This document shows positions 1 through 10,387 of a stretch of DNA of 61,407 nucleotides, piece after piece. Below the pieces are notes generated by a model. That model had not been told where the DNA came from. It searched no databases and was given only the letters and a program-made list of their open reading frames with translations. Position numbers and translations under genes: made by a program. Every line of letters starts with the position of its first letter. The stretch's first letter is position 1. The DNA is taken from positions 1 through 61,407 of the forward strand of contig DASWNR010000065.1 in NCBI GenBank assembly GCA_036399155.1, written 5' to 3'. The DNA comes from Pyrinomonadaceae bacterium. Its GTDB lineage: Bacteria; Acidobacteriota; Blastocatellia; Pyrinomonadales; Pyrinomonadaceae.

Positions 1-20
1 GTTCCTTCGAGGCGGGGCCG

Positions 21-1889
<1,869 letters not shown>

Positions 1890-2170
1890 GCTCTTGGGTC
1901 AATCCTTTGTCAGTGGGAATCGGATGGATGGGTGATGCCGGAGTAGACTTCATCAACTTCTACGGGTTCAGTGCCGGGGAAGTCCCGAGGGCGTTCTTAC
2001 TTTCGGGCCTCATTCTAACACCCCCGTGCTCGGCAAACTCAAGCGACCCCGCCGCGCGCCCGCCGGACGTTGACACTGGCACGCCGCTGCATGATACTGC
2101 CGCCACCAAAAGCATTCCCGACGGCCATCCAAAAACACAGAGCGAGCAGACAAAAAGGAGAGACTGAGAC

Positions 2171-3415
2171 ATGAAGGGCAGTTCATTTCTAACCCTGGCG
2201 TTCTTAGCCCTCGCGGGTTTCGGCCTTCACACGGCGGCGGCGGCTCAGTTCCCGAGGCTTCCCAAGATACCTAAGCCGAAGGCGACCCCGACGCCGGCCG
2301 CCCAGCCGGCGGCCACGGCCGGCGACGCACCGCCGGCCGCCCAGCCGGCGGCGGCCGCGGCCGCGCCAGCCCCCTCCTCCGCCGCCCCGGCGCAGGGCGG
2401 GCCGACCATCGCCAAGGACTCCGTGCAGCTGACGGCCTTCACCTTCAACTCCTACAAGGGGAACTTCGACACATGGAGCTGGGCGCCGCTCATCACCTAC
2501 AGCGTCAACGGCCCCATCCCGAGCGGCGGCCAGCTCTACGTCGAATACACCGTGCCGGGCTCGCCGGCTGTCAAGTTCGACTGCGCCACCGAGGAGATGC
2601 CCGCCGACCGCTGGTGGAAGACCACATGCGGCGGCCGCGACGGCGTCCCCGAGGAGAAGGCGACGACCTACACCGGCCCCTTCAACTTCGCCATCAAGCT
2701 GCGGAACGAGCTGGCCGGCACCGACACGACCGTCTTCACCGGCAAGGCGAAGGTCGGGAAGGTGCACTCCAACGAGATCAAGACCGGCAAGTTCGCCAAC
2801 CACTTCGTCTACTACGTGGATCACGACTGGAACCTGCCCATCGGCTACGTCTACTACACGCCGGACGACCTGAACGGCTGGAAGAGGCCCATGCTCAACG
2901 TCACCTTCTGGGTGCGCGGCGAGGCTTACAAGCTCGACCCGCACCTCTTCTACAAGGGCGCGGAGGTGGGCCGCATCATGTACGAGGGCACGCAGGTCGG
3001 CAAGCCCAGCTGCGAGTCGGACGTGGATAACAACACCACCCATTTCGTGGACGAGAAGGACGCGCCGCAGAAGGCGAAGTGGGCGCGGGTGCGCTGCACC
3101 TTCAACAACGTCCGCGCCTGGGATACGTCGGACGCGGGGTGGGGCTTCGGGCCCCCGCACCTGATGGACAAGAACCCCGGCGAGTACGAGATGAAGGTGC
3201 TGTGGAATAACAAGCTGGCGCGGTCGGTCAAGTTCACCGTCCCCGCCGGCGGCAAGCTCGACACCGGCCTCGCCGCCTCGAACAAGCTCGGCAGCGACCG
3301 CCTCATCGTCCCCGTCGCCGTCCTCGGCGACCAGGACGGCGCGTGGGACAAGGCGGCGTGGAAGACCGAAGCCTTCTACGGCAACCCGCTGAACGGCTTC
3401 ACGCCCGCGCCTTAA
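2171..3415 (+). CDS. hypothetical exported protein (signal peptide, Ala/Pro-rich linker, beta-rich domain)
   Basis: N-terminus MKGSSFLTLAFLALAGFGLHTAAAAQ looks like a Sec signal peptide. It is followed by low-complexity PAAQPAA repeats. Amino-acid usage is coding-like and no family was recognised. Confidence 0.7.
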   Translation: MKGSSFLTLAFLALAGFGLHTAAAAQFPRLPKIPKPKATPTPAAQPAATAGDAPPAAQPAAAAAAPAPSSAAPAQGGPTIAKDSVQLTAFTFNSYKGNFDTWSWAPLITYSVNGPIPSGGQLYVEYTVPGSPAVKFDCATEEMPADRWWKTTCGGRDGVPEEKATTYTGPFNFAIKLRNELAGTDTTVFTGKAKVGKVHSNEIKTGKFANHFVYYVDHDWNLPIGYVYYTPDDLNGWKRPMLNVTFWVRGEAYKLDPHLFYKGAEVGRIMYEGTQVGKPSCESDVDNNTTHFVDEKDAPQKAKWARVRCTFNNVRAWDTSDAGWGFGPPHLMDKNPGEYEMKVLWNNKLARSVKFTVPAGGKLDTGLAASNKLGSDRLIVPVAVLGDQDGAWDKAAWKTEAFYGNPLNGFTPAP

Positions 3416-3426
3416 CGCGCAGGCAC

Positions 3427-3479
3427 GAAAACAAGAAAGCCTCCCGCGCGAGACAGGCGCGGGAGGCTTTCTTGTTTTC
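3427..3479. terminator. bidirectional intrinsic terminator hairpin between convergent genes
   Basis: Perfect 23-bp stem GAAAACAAGAAAGCCTCCCGCGC / GCGCGGGAGGCTTTCTTGTTTTC with a 7-nt loop. A/T tracts lie on both sides. It sits between the stops at 3415 (+) and 3499 (-). Confidence 0.8.
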
Positions 3480-3498
3480 GATTTGGGCGGCGGCGGTT

Positions 3499-4254
3499 CT
3501 AGCTCGCCACGTCGCTAGCGTTCGGCACGTCGGCGTCCGACGCGGTCGCGGAGGCGTCCGACGCGGGGGAGGACGAGCGCGAGGAGCCGGAGCCGTAGCG
3601 GGACGCGCCCGACGCGCCTGTGGACGACGAGCCGGAGGCGGACGCGGCCGTGGCGGACGCGGAGTCGGTGGCCGAGGAGGTCTTGCCCTCGGACTGATCG
3701 CGGAGCTGCACCATGCGGCAACTGCCCTCGAAGATCGCGCCGCTCTCGATGACGAGCGCGGGCGTCTGGATGTTGCCCGTCACCTTGGCGACGCGCCCCA
3801 TCTCGATGCGCTTGGTGGCGACGATGTCGCCGTTGACCGTGCCGAAGATCTGCGCGACCGCGACCTCGACGTTGGCGTCGACGTGCCCGTTGGTCGAGAC
3901 GATGAGCGTGCCGTCGGCCGAGGCGACGCGCCCCGAGAGGGTGCCGTCCACGCGGAGCATGCCCTTGAAGTTGGCCTCGCCCGTGAGCGTGGTGCCGTTG
4001 CCGACGAAGCCCGTCAGCGTCCCCTCCTTGATGTCGCGCGCGAGCGACTCGCTCTCGGTGACGGCGCGCGAGGTGGTCTGCGTGTAGACCGACTGCTGGT
4101 AAGCCTCGGTCGGCGTCGCCGCCGCCGGGGCGCCGCCCGACGGGGCGGACGAGCCGTAGCCGGAGCCGCCCGCGGGGGCGGCGTGCGGGGTGTGGTCGGC
4201 CGTGTCGTCTGCGGTTTGCGTCGGTTCCTTCGGATTTCTTCCCGGTCTAAACAT
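3499..4254 (-). CDS. bactofilin-family polymer-forming cytoskeletal protein
   Basis: Central repeat-like beta-helix signature GTLSGRVASADGTLIVSTNGHVDANVEVAVAQIFGTVNGDIVATKRIEMGRVAKVTGNIQTPALVIESGAIFEGS, with Ser/Ala/Gly-rich disordered tails. Start placed at ATG 4254 (MFRPGRNPKE) rather than the ORF-track start at 4356. Confidence 0.75.
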   Translation of the reverse strand: MFRPGRNPKEPTQTADDTADHTPHAAPAGGSGYGSSAPSGGAPAAATPTEAYQQSVYTQTTSRAVTESESLARDIKEGTLTGFVGNGTTLTGEANFKGMLRVDGTLSGRVASADGTLIVSTNGHVDANVEVAVAQIFGTVNGDIVATKRIEMGRVAKVTGNIQTPALVIESGAIFEGSCRMVQLRDQSEGKTSSATDSASATAASASGSSSTGASGASRYGSGSSRSSSPASDASATASDADVPNASDVAS

Positions 4255-4406
4255 GTCACATTCTCCCTGTTTGAGAACTCTTGGTTGGTAAAAGGAATTG
4301 GTCAGGAGAGGCCGTCGGCGGTGCCACCGCCCGGCTTTCGGACAGACATTCAACACTCTCCGAGAGCGAGGCCGATGATAAGGGAATCGCGGCCAATAGT
4401 AAAGAA

Positions 4407-4528
4407 GTAGACGGTGGACGGTAGAAGGTAGACGGTAGGTTAAAACGACTTCGGCGGGCGTCCGGGTTTTCGACCCGCGACGCCCGCCGAAGTTTTCTAC
4501 GGGCTACCGTCTACCGTCCACCGTCTAC
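4407..4528. repeat. nested palindromic intergenic element, GTAGWCR-heptamer arms (copy A)
   Basis: Arms are GTAGACGGTGGACGGTAGAAGGTAGACGGTAG ... CTACCGTCTACCGTCCACCGTCTAC. The inner hairpin is ACTTCGGCGGGCGTC-N16-GACGCCCGCCGAAGT. The core is shared with copy B. Confidence 0.9.
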
Positions 4529-4536
4529 TTCCCCGC

Positions 4537-4904
4537 TCACCTCTTCACGTTCTCGACCTGGACGGCGAGCACGTCGTTGAGGGCGGCGATGGCGACGCGC
4601 CTGGGCGCCTGCGGCAGCGTGATGGGCGCCGGCGAAAGCTCGACCGTCGAGTTGCCGTTGAGGTGCCGTCGAGGTCGAGGTCGGGCGTGACGTGGCGGTC
4701 GACGACGCGCTTGAAGTCCTCGGTCGAAACGTCCCTGTTGAAGTGCGTCTTGACGGAGTCCTGCATCATCGCCTGGAAGCGCTCGTCCGGGTTGCGGTTC
4801 GGGTTCTTGCGAAAAGGGCGCTGGCGGCCCCGAGGGAATTTTACGCGGCCGGGGGAGTCGAGGCGCGAAAGGTCATTCTTCTGACCGCGGTCGCGCGCCG
4901 TCAA
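4537..4904 (-). pseudogene. small conserved-looking gene disrupted by a frameshift (11-nt tandem near-duplication)
   Basis: The ORF-track frame (4545..4904) turns into Arg/Ser/Pro junk after ...VTPDLDLDG. A second frame reads LNGNSTVELSPAPITLPQAPRRVAIAALNDVLAVQVENVKR and stops at 4537. Total length is 368 nt, which is 119 codons plus 11 nt. Confidence 0.55.
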
Positions 4905-5096
4905 GCGGCCGCGCCGTCATGACACGGGACTTGACACGGGCGCGGGCGCGCCGATAAAACGGCTGCAAACGTTCGGGCGGAAAACGTAAAAATGGTCGGG
5001 CGGGCGCGGCTCGCCTACGCTATTCACGCGGCCGCGCGGAAGGGTTCCGGCGGGTGCCGGGCCGCCCCGCGCGGGACGGAGAGGAGTGGACGGAAG

Positions 5097-5789
5097 ATGG
5101 CCGGTCAGATGGTCGAGTTTCAGAGCAACGGCGGGACGGCCCGCGGCTACCTCTCGACGCCGGAGGGCGGGAGCGGCCCCGGCGTCGTCGTCATACAGGA
5201 GTGGTGGGGGCTCGTCCCGCACATCAAAGACGTGGCCGACCGCTTCGCGCGCGAGGGCTTCGTCGCGCTCGCGCCCGACCTCTACCACGGCGAGGTGGCG
5301 CGCTCGCCCGACGAGGCCGGGAAGATGATGATGGCGCTCAACATCGGGCAGACCGAGAAGGACTTGCGCGGCGCGGTCGAGTACCTCCTCGCCCACGAGG
5401 CGACGGCGGGAGAGGAGGTCGGCACGGTCGGCTTCTGCATGGGCGGCGTGCTCTCGCTCTACGCCGCGTCGAAGAACGAGCGCGTGGGCGCGTGCGTCAT
5501 CTTCTACGGCATCCACCCGAAGGTCGAGCCCGACTTCGGGAATCTGCGCGCGCCCGTGCTCGGGCTCTACGCCGAGAAGGACTCGTCCGTCCCGCCCGCC
5601 GCGGTGCGCGCGCTCGAAGAGAAATTCGACGAGCACGGCAAGTCAATCGAGACGCACGTCTACCCCGGCACAAACCACGCCTTCTTCAACGACACGCGCC
5701 CCGAAGTCTACGACCCCGAAGCGGCCGCCGACGCCTGGCGGCGCACAATCGAGTTCTTACGCCGACACCTCTCGGGGAGTAGACGGTAG
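5097..5789 (+). CDS. dienelactone hydrolase family protein
   Basis: MAGQMVEFQSNGG..GYLSTP...GVVVIQEWWGL, a nucleophile-elbow-like GFCMGG, and a C-terminal YPGTNHAFFND are typical of the DLH family. ATG 5097 is preceded by GGAGAGGAG. The stop TAG lies inside repeat copy B. Confidence 0.85.
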   Translation: MAGQMVEFQSNGGTARGYLSTPEGGSGPGVVVIQEWWGLVPHIKDVADRFAREGFVALAPDLYHGEVARSPDEAGKMMMALNIGQTEKDLRGAVEYLLAHEATAGEEVGTVGFCMGGVLSLYAASKNERVGACVIFYGIHPKVEPDFGNLRAPVLGLYAEKDSSVPPAAVRALEEKFDEHGKSIETHVYPGTNHAFFNDTRPEVYDPEAAADAWRRTIEFLRRHLSGSRR

Positions 5790-5894
5790 ACGGTAGCCAA
5801 TAGTCAGTAGAAAACTTCGGCGGGCGTCGCGGGTCAGGAACCCGTGACGCCCGCCGAAATCGTTTTACCCTGCTGACTACTGTCTACCGTCTAC
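5779..5894. repeat. nested palindromic intergenic element, GTAGWCR-heptamer arms (copy B)
   Basis: GTAGACGGTAGACGGTAGccaaTAGTCAGTAG ... CTGACTACTGTCTACCGTCTAC. The inner hairpin ACTTCGGCGGGCGTC...GACGCCCGCCGAA is the same as in copy A. Confidence 0.9.
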
Positions 5895-5895
5895 T

Positions 5896-6264
5896 TTGCA
5901 TGGTTGCGTCGCGCGTGAGGATGGCTTAAAACTGACGTTCGTGCCTGACGCGAAACTCCTTTTGATTTGCGCCGCCGCGCTCGCCGCGCTCGTCGCGGTG
6001 CTGACGATGTGGCGCGGGCGGCGCGGGGACGGGCCGATGCTCACGCAGACGCGGACGCTGCCGGAGATGAAAGGCTCGCTCGACGCCGGGCCGCAGGGGC
6101 GCTCAATCAACGTCTCGCTCGGCCGGGAGATTCTGCAACTGCTCGAAGCGGGTCGGCGGGTCGAGGCCGTCCGGCTCGTGCGCGAGCATACGGGCTGGGG
6201 GCTGAGCGAGGCGGCCGAGGCGGTCGCGAAGCTGGAGAAGTTGAAGAAGCGTTTGGAGTCGTAA
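5896..6264 (+). CDS. small membrane-anchored protein with ribosomal L7/L12 C-terminal-like domain
   Basis: One hydrophobic helix ([19 protein letters not shown]) is followed by [37 protein letters not shown], which resembles the L7/L12 CTD fold motif. The start is uncertain: TTG 5896 or in-frame GTG 5941. Confidence 0.55.
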   Translation: MHGCVAREDGLKLTFVPDAKLLLICAAALAALVAVLTMWRGRRGDGPMLTQTRTLPEMKGSLDAGPQGRSINVSLGREILQLLEAGRRVEAVRLVREHTGWGLSEAAEAVAKLEKLKKRLES

Positions 6265-6268
6265 AGCG

Positions 6269-7132
6269 ATGTTCGTCGAAAGCAAGGTGAAGACGAAGCT
6301 GCTGCGCCAGATGGGCGAGGCCGTCAAGGACTTCGGGATGATCGAGGACGGCGACCGCGTGATGGTCTGCCTGTCGGGCGGCAAGGACAGCTACACGATG
6401 CTCGACCTCCTGCTCGACGTGCGGAAGCGCGCGCCCGTCCGCTTCGACCTCCTCGCCGTCAACCTCGACCAGAAGCAGCCCAACTTCCCCGCCGACGTGC
6501 TGCCGAACTACCTGCGCGAGCGCGGCGTCGCCTTCCGCGTCGTCGAGCGCGACACCTACTCGGTCGTCAAGCGGCTCGTCCCCGAGGGCAAGACCTTCTG
6601 CTCGGTCTGCTCGCGTCTGCGGCGCGGCATCCTCTACAACACCGCGGTCGAGGAGGGCTGCACCAAGATCGCGCTCGGCCACCACGCCGACGACATCACG
6701 GCGACCTTCCTTCTGAACCTGCTCTTCGTCGGGCAGCTCAAGGCGATGCCGCCGGTGCTGCGCTCGGACGACGGCCGCAACACGGTCATCCGCCCGCTCG
6801 CATACTGCCGCGAGGCGGACATCGCGGCGTACGCCGCCGAGAAGGACTTCCCGATCATCCCGTGCGACCTCTGCGGCTCGCAGACGAACCTGAAGAGGGC
6901 GCGGGTCAAGCGCCTCGTCGCAGAGCTTGAGCGCGAGATACCGAACGTGCGCGCCTCGATGCTGACGGCGCTGACGAACGCCGTGCCGTCGCACCTCTTA
7001 GACCCGTCGCTCTTCGACTTCAAGTCTCTGCGCGCCGCCGCCGGAAACGTCGAGGCCGAACTCGACGCCGCGCTCGGTCACGCCGAGCCCGAGGGCGCCG
7101 ACGAAGCGCCCGCGCTCGTCTCCATCGGTTAG
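6269..7132 (+). CDS. ttcA: tRNA 2-thiocytidine(32) synthetase
   Basis: PP-loop [26 protein letters not shown] and PCDLCGSQ cysteine motifs, and the length, match TtcA. Confidence 0.9.
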   Translation: MFVESKVKTKLLRQMGEAVKDFGMIEDGDRVMVCLSGGKDSYTMLDLLLDVRKRAPVRFDLLAVNLDQKQPNFPADVLPNYLRERGVAFRVVERDTYSVVKRLVPEGKTFCSVCSRLRRGILYNTAVEEGCTKIALGHHADDITATFLLNLLFVGQLKAMPPVLRSDDGRNTVIRPLAYCREADIAAYAAEKDFPIIPCDLCGSQTNLKRARVKRLVAELEREIPNVRASMLTALTNAVPSHLLDPSLFDFKSLRAAAGNVEAELDAALGHAEPEGADEAPALVSIG

Positions 7133-7144
7133 GTCTCCGCGAGA

Positions 7145-8290
7145 ATGGCTCCCACTAAAAGTAGATCGAAGACCGCCGCGAAGAAGGCGAAGGCCGCCGT
7201 CAAGACGTTGAAGGCCGCGGCGTCGGGCAAGAAGTCGGGCGCGGCCGTCCGTCAGCCGTCGGGTTCGGGTAAGGCGAAGCCGGCGGCCGCCTCGAAGGCG
7301 AAAGCCGCGAAGACTTCAAAGGCGAAGCCCGCGCCGAAGCCGAAAACGAAGGCCGCCGTAAAGACGAAGGCGGCGGGGCCGGCCAAGGCGGGAACGGCGA
7401 AGACATCGGAGGCCCCGAAGGACGTGCTGGACTTCGGCGAGTTCCCCGCCGGCTCGGTCACGCGGCACGAGGTGACGCTGTGCCTCTCGTGCATCTTCAA
7501 GCTCTTCACACAGCAGCTCGGCCTCGCGCCGCGCACCGCCTACAACGAGATACGCCGCTACGCGCCCACCGTCGAGGAGCTGACGGCGCGCGAGCCGCAA
7601 CGCCCCTTCTTCAAGCCCTCGGCCGAGAAGAACCCGCGCTGCCCCTTCTGCGACGCGGCGAAGCGCTGGCACGCCGCGCTCCGCGTCCACCGCTTCGAGG
7701 GCGGCAGGGCTTCGGACGCCGCCCGCAAAACGCTGCTCAAGCGTCTGCCGGCGAAGGACGAGCAGTTCCAGGTTCACGAGGAGAAGCGGACGGCGCGGCA
7801 GGTCTTCTTCGAGTGGCTTGAGCGTCTGGGGCAGGAGCTTGACTTCGAGACGGACGCGGCGTGGATGCCCGCGGCCGCGCGCGCGTACCTGCAAAGGCGC
7901 GAGCCGAAGGCGGACTGGGCGGCGGCGTTCGGCGGCGTCCGGCAGGTGCGGCGCTCGCAGCGGCTCGAAGAGGGGTGGGAGCGCGACGGCGCGCGGCTCT
8001 TCCTCGCGCCCGCGCTCTACAACGACGTGCTGCTCGTCCAGTACCTCGTCAGCCGCTCGCACCGCCACGGCGGGCGCACCTTCGAGGGGCGGCTCACCCT
8101 GCGCGAGCTGGCGCGGGGCATGCGACGCGGCGGCCACCTCGACGCGCACGGCATCGACTCGCGCGACGAGTTTGAAATCCTCGAACAGCTCGTCGAGCAC
8201 CTCACGGGCGGCGACGCGCCCGCAAAGCTCCACTTCATCGTAGACCGCCGCGACCTCCTCGACACCGCGAAGGAAGTCGCAAGTCGGTGA
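7145..8290 (+). CDS. hypothetical protein with histone H1-like Lys/Ala/Pro-rich N-terminal tail
   Basis: The first ~85 aa are AKKAKAAVKTLKAAASGKK...KAKPAPKPKTKAAVKTKAAGPAKAG. The remaining ~295 aa are an unrecognised globular region with two Cys pairs (CLSC, CPFC). The stop TGA lies inside repeat G. Confidence 0.7.
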   Translation: MAPTKSRSKTAAKKAKAAVKTLKAAASGKKSGAAVRQPSGSGKAKPAAASKAKAAKTSKAKPAPKPKTKAAVKTKAAGPAKAGTAKTSEAPKDVLDFGEFPAGSVTRHEVTLCLSCIFKLFTQQLGLAPRTAYNEIRRYAPTVEELTAREPQRPFFKPSAEKNPRCPFCDAAKRWHAALRVHRFEGGRASDAARKTLLKRLPAKDEQFQVHEEKRTARQVFFEWLERLGQELDFETDAAWMPAAARAYLQRREPKADWAAAFGGVRQVRRSQRLEEGWERDGARLFLAPALYNDVLLVQYLVSRSHRHGGRTFEGRLTLRELARGMRRGGHLDAHGIDSRDEFEILEQLVEHLTGGDAPAKLHFIVDRRDLLDTAKEVASR

Positions 8291-8355
8291 TGGGTGATGG
8301 GTGATAAGAGAAGACGAGGCCCGTCTTTTCTTTCTTATCACCCATCACCCATCAC
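8287..8355. repeat. palindromic intergenic element, GTGATGR-heptamer arms (copy G)
   Basis: GTGATGGGTGATGGGTGATAAGAgaaGACGaggccCGTCttttcTTTCTTATCACCCATCACCCATCAC. It lies between convergent stops at 8290 (+) and 8361 (-). Confidence 0.9.
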
Positions 8356-8360
8356 TCCCC

Positions 8361-9521
8361 CTACCTGTTCATCTTGTTGAAGTGCAGTCGGAGCGGCGCG
8401 GCGAGCGAGATGTCGCGCAGCTCGAAGACGGCGTAGGCCGCCTGCTCGGTCTTGACGAGCTGGTAGACGCCGTCCTGCGTCGTCGCCGAGACCGTGCCGT
8501 CGCGCTCGCGCAGGTAGCGCGTAGCCTCTTCGACCGTCGGCCGCTTCTCGCTCGTGTTGTCGCCGAGCGCGTCAACCACGTAAGACTTCAGCAGCTTCGG
8601 CCAGTAGGAGGCGAACAGGCGCTGGCTGGCGAAAACGTCGACCCAGACGGCACGGCCGTTGCGCGCGACGACGACGCCGACGACGCCCGGCCGCAGCACT
8701 TCGCCCTGTAGCGCGCGCAGGTAGTCGTCCATCTGCGCGCCGACGCGCTTGCTCGAATAGACCTCCTGGTAAGTGTCGGTCGAGTTCGCCGTGCCGAGCT
8801 TGGCGTTTTTCTTGCTGACCTCGCTCCAGACCTCGCCCTGCATCTTCTTGTCCTGCGCCACGCCGCGCAGCGCCGGGTGCGCGACCGCGCCGAGGCTTGA
8901 GAACTTCGACGCCTCCTCGGCCGCGGCCGCCCTGCGCGCCGGAGAGGCGCCGCCGCCGGAGCTGTGGCCGGCGGTGCGCGCGCTCCAACGCCCGTGCTCG
9001 ACGCAGAAGACGCTCAGGGCGACGGGGACGCTCACGGGCGGGATGATGCGATCCTCCTGCACGATTCTATCCTGCTTGCCGCCGACGATGACCTCGCCCG
9101 CCAGCAGCAGTAGCTTCTTGCCCGAGCGGTTGACGAGCGACAGCTCGTTGACGCTCGCGCCGCCGCCCGTGTAGCCGACGTTCTGCTGCCGCGCCGCGCT
9201 CTGCGGCGTGCGCCCGTGCGTGCGCGGGTGCGGGCGCGCCGCCGCCTGCCCCGCGCCCTTCTCCGTGATGACGACCGTGCCCGCGCGCGTCCCCTCGTCG
9301 AGCGTGATGTACGCGTCGGAGCCGGGGAGGTCGGCGCCATAGACGGGGAAGATGGTCAGGTTCTTATAAGAGACCGGCGCGAGCACGCGCCAGTCGGCGT
9401 TGTTCCTGTTCCCCTTCGCGCGCGCGACGCCCGGCGCGGACGGCAGTGACGCGCACGCCAGCAGCAACGCGCACGCGCACAGCGCGGCCGACATAACCCT
9501 CGAACCCGGAAAGTGAATCAT
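8361..9521 (-). CDS. hypothetical exported protein (resembles the ARPP-1/DUF6569-type family as I recall it)
   Basis: Signal peptide MIHFPGSRVMSAALCACALLLACASLPSAPGVARA. Motifs NLTIFPVYG..YITLDEG...VVITE, LLLLAGEVIVGGKQDRIV and FCVEHGRW. ATG 9521 is preceded by GAGGAGG. The upstream 27 codons in the ORF track were rejected. Confidence 0.65.
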   Translation of the reverse strand: MIHFPGSRVMSAALCACALLLACASLPSAPGVARAKGNRNNADWRVLAPVSYKNLTIFPVYGADLPGSDAYITLDEGTRAGTVVITEKGAGQAAARPHPRTHGRTPQSAARQQNVGYTGGGASVNELSLVNRSGKKLLLLAGEVIVGGKQDRIVQEDRIIPPVSVPVALSVFCVEHGRWSARTAGHSSGGGASPARRAAAAEEASKFSSLGAVAHPALRGVAQDKKMQGEVWSEVSKKNAKLGTANSTDTYQEVYSSKRVGAQMDDYLRALQGEVLRPGVVGVVVARNGRAVWVDVFASQRLFASYWPKLLKSYVVDALGDNTSEKRPTVEEATRYLRERDGTVSATTQDGVYQLVKTEQAAYAVFELRDISLAAPLRLHFNKMNR

Positions 9522-9779
9522 CGTTTGCCTCCTCGGAAAAATCTCTTCTGTTTGAAAGTTCGGCCGACGTTCGGCGCGGCGCGGCTTCGGGGAACGAGGC
9601 ACACCCGTACCGCCCGGACGGACGGGGCCGCCGTGCCGTCTTCGCGCTTATCGTTTCCGGACTGTGAACGCCGCGCGCCGCGCGGACTTGCGCGCCCCGC
9701 CATTTTTTGTCGCCCCGCGCCGGGACGGTCGCGGAACTCGCACGCGCCGCGCGGTGTCGAAAGAGTGAGAGGTGAAACA

Positions 9780-10304
9780 ATGAGAGACGAAGAGTCAGAG
9801 ACTTCCACGCACGCGCGGCCCGCCGACGCCCCCGCGCCGAGCATCAACGTCACGCCGCTCATCGACATCCTGCTCGTGCTGCTCATCATCTTCATGGTCA
9901 TCACGCCGCTGCGGCCCGCGCGCTTCAGGGCGCACGTGCCGACGCAGCCGCCCGACGACCCGAGAATTCTCAAGAGCCAGCTCACGCTCGTCGTCGAGGT
10001 GGACGCGGCCCAACGATTGAAGCTGATACGCGGCGACGAGACGGTGGCGGAAGGGACGGTCGGGGACGCGGGCGCGGTCGCCGCGCGACTGGCCGCTGAG
10101 TGGCGCGAGCGCAAGCTCGCGGGCAACTGGCGGGTCGGGATGGAGGCGCGCCCCGACCTCCCGCCCGACGATAGGATAGAGCGCACGGTCTTCGTCCGCG
10201 CGCCGCGCTCCACGCGCTACGGCGAGGTGGCAAAGGTCATCGACGCCGTCAAGGGCGCGGGCGCGCAACCCGTCGGCCTACAGACCGAAGCGCTGCCGAA
10301 CTGA
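9780..10304 (+). CDS. exbD: ExbD/TolR-family biopolymer transport protein
   Basis: INVTPLIDILLVLLIIFMV transmembrane signature, then a periplasmic domain ending ...YGEVAKVIDAVKGAGA. ATG 9780 follows GAGAGGTGA. No ExbB or TonB partner is in the window. Confidence 0.75.
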   Translation: MRDEESETSTHARPADAPAPSINVTPLIDILLVLLIIFMVITPLRPARFRAHVPTQPPDDPRILKSQLTLVVEVDAAQRLKLIRGDETVAEGTVGDAGAVAARLAAEWRERKLAGNWRVGMEARPDLPPDDRIERTVFVRAPRSTRYGEVAKVIDAVKGAGAQPVGLQTEALPN

Positions 10305-10387
10305 GCGGCTGAGAAGGAAGAGACGCGGCGCGGCGGAGGAGGGTTGGTATTCTGCCCGACAAAGGGGAAGGCCGCGTAGGCGAAGCC

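Noticed and set aside
9780-10304. Orphan exbD as part of a novel transport system with the neighbouring DUF6569-like exported protein.
   Set aside because: The genes are divergent, with a 258-nt gap. No ExbB, TonB or a TonB-dependent receptor is in the window. Stand-alone ExbD/TolR paralogues are common.
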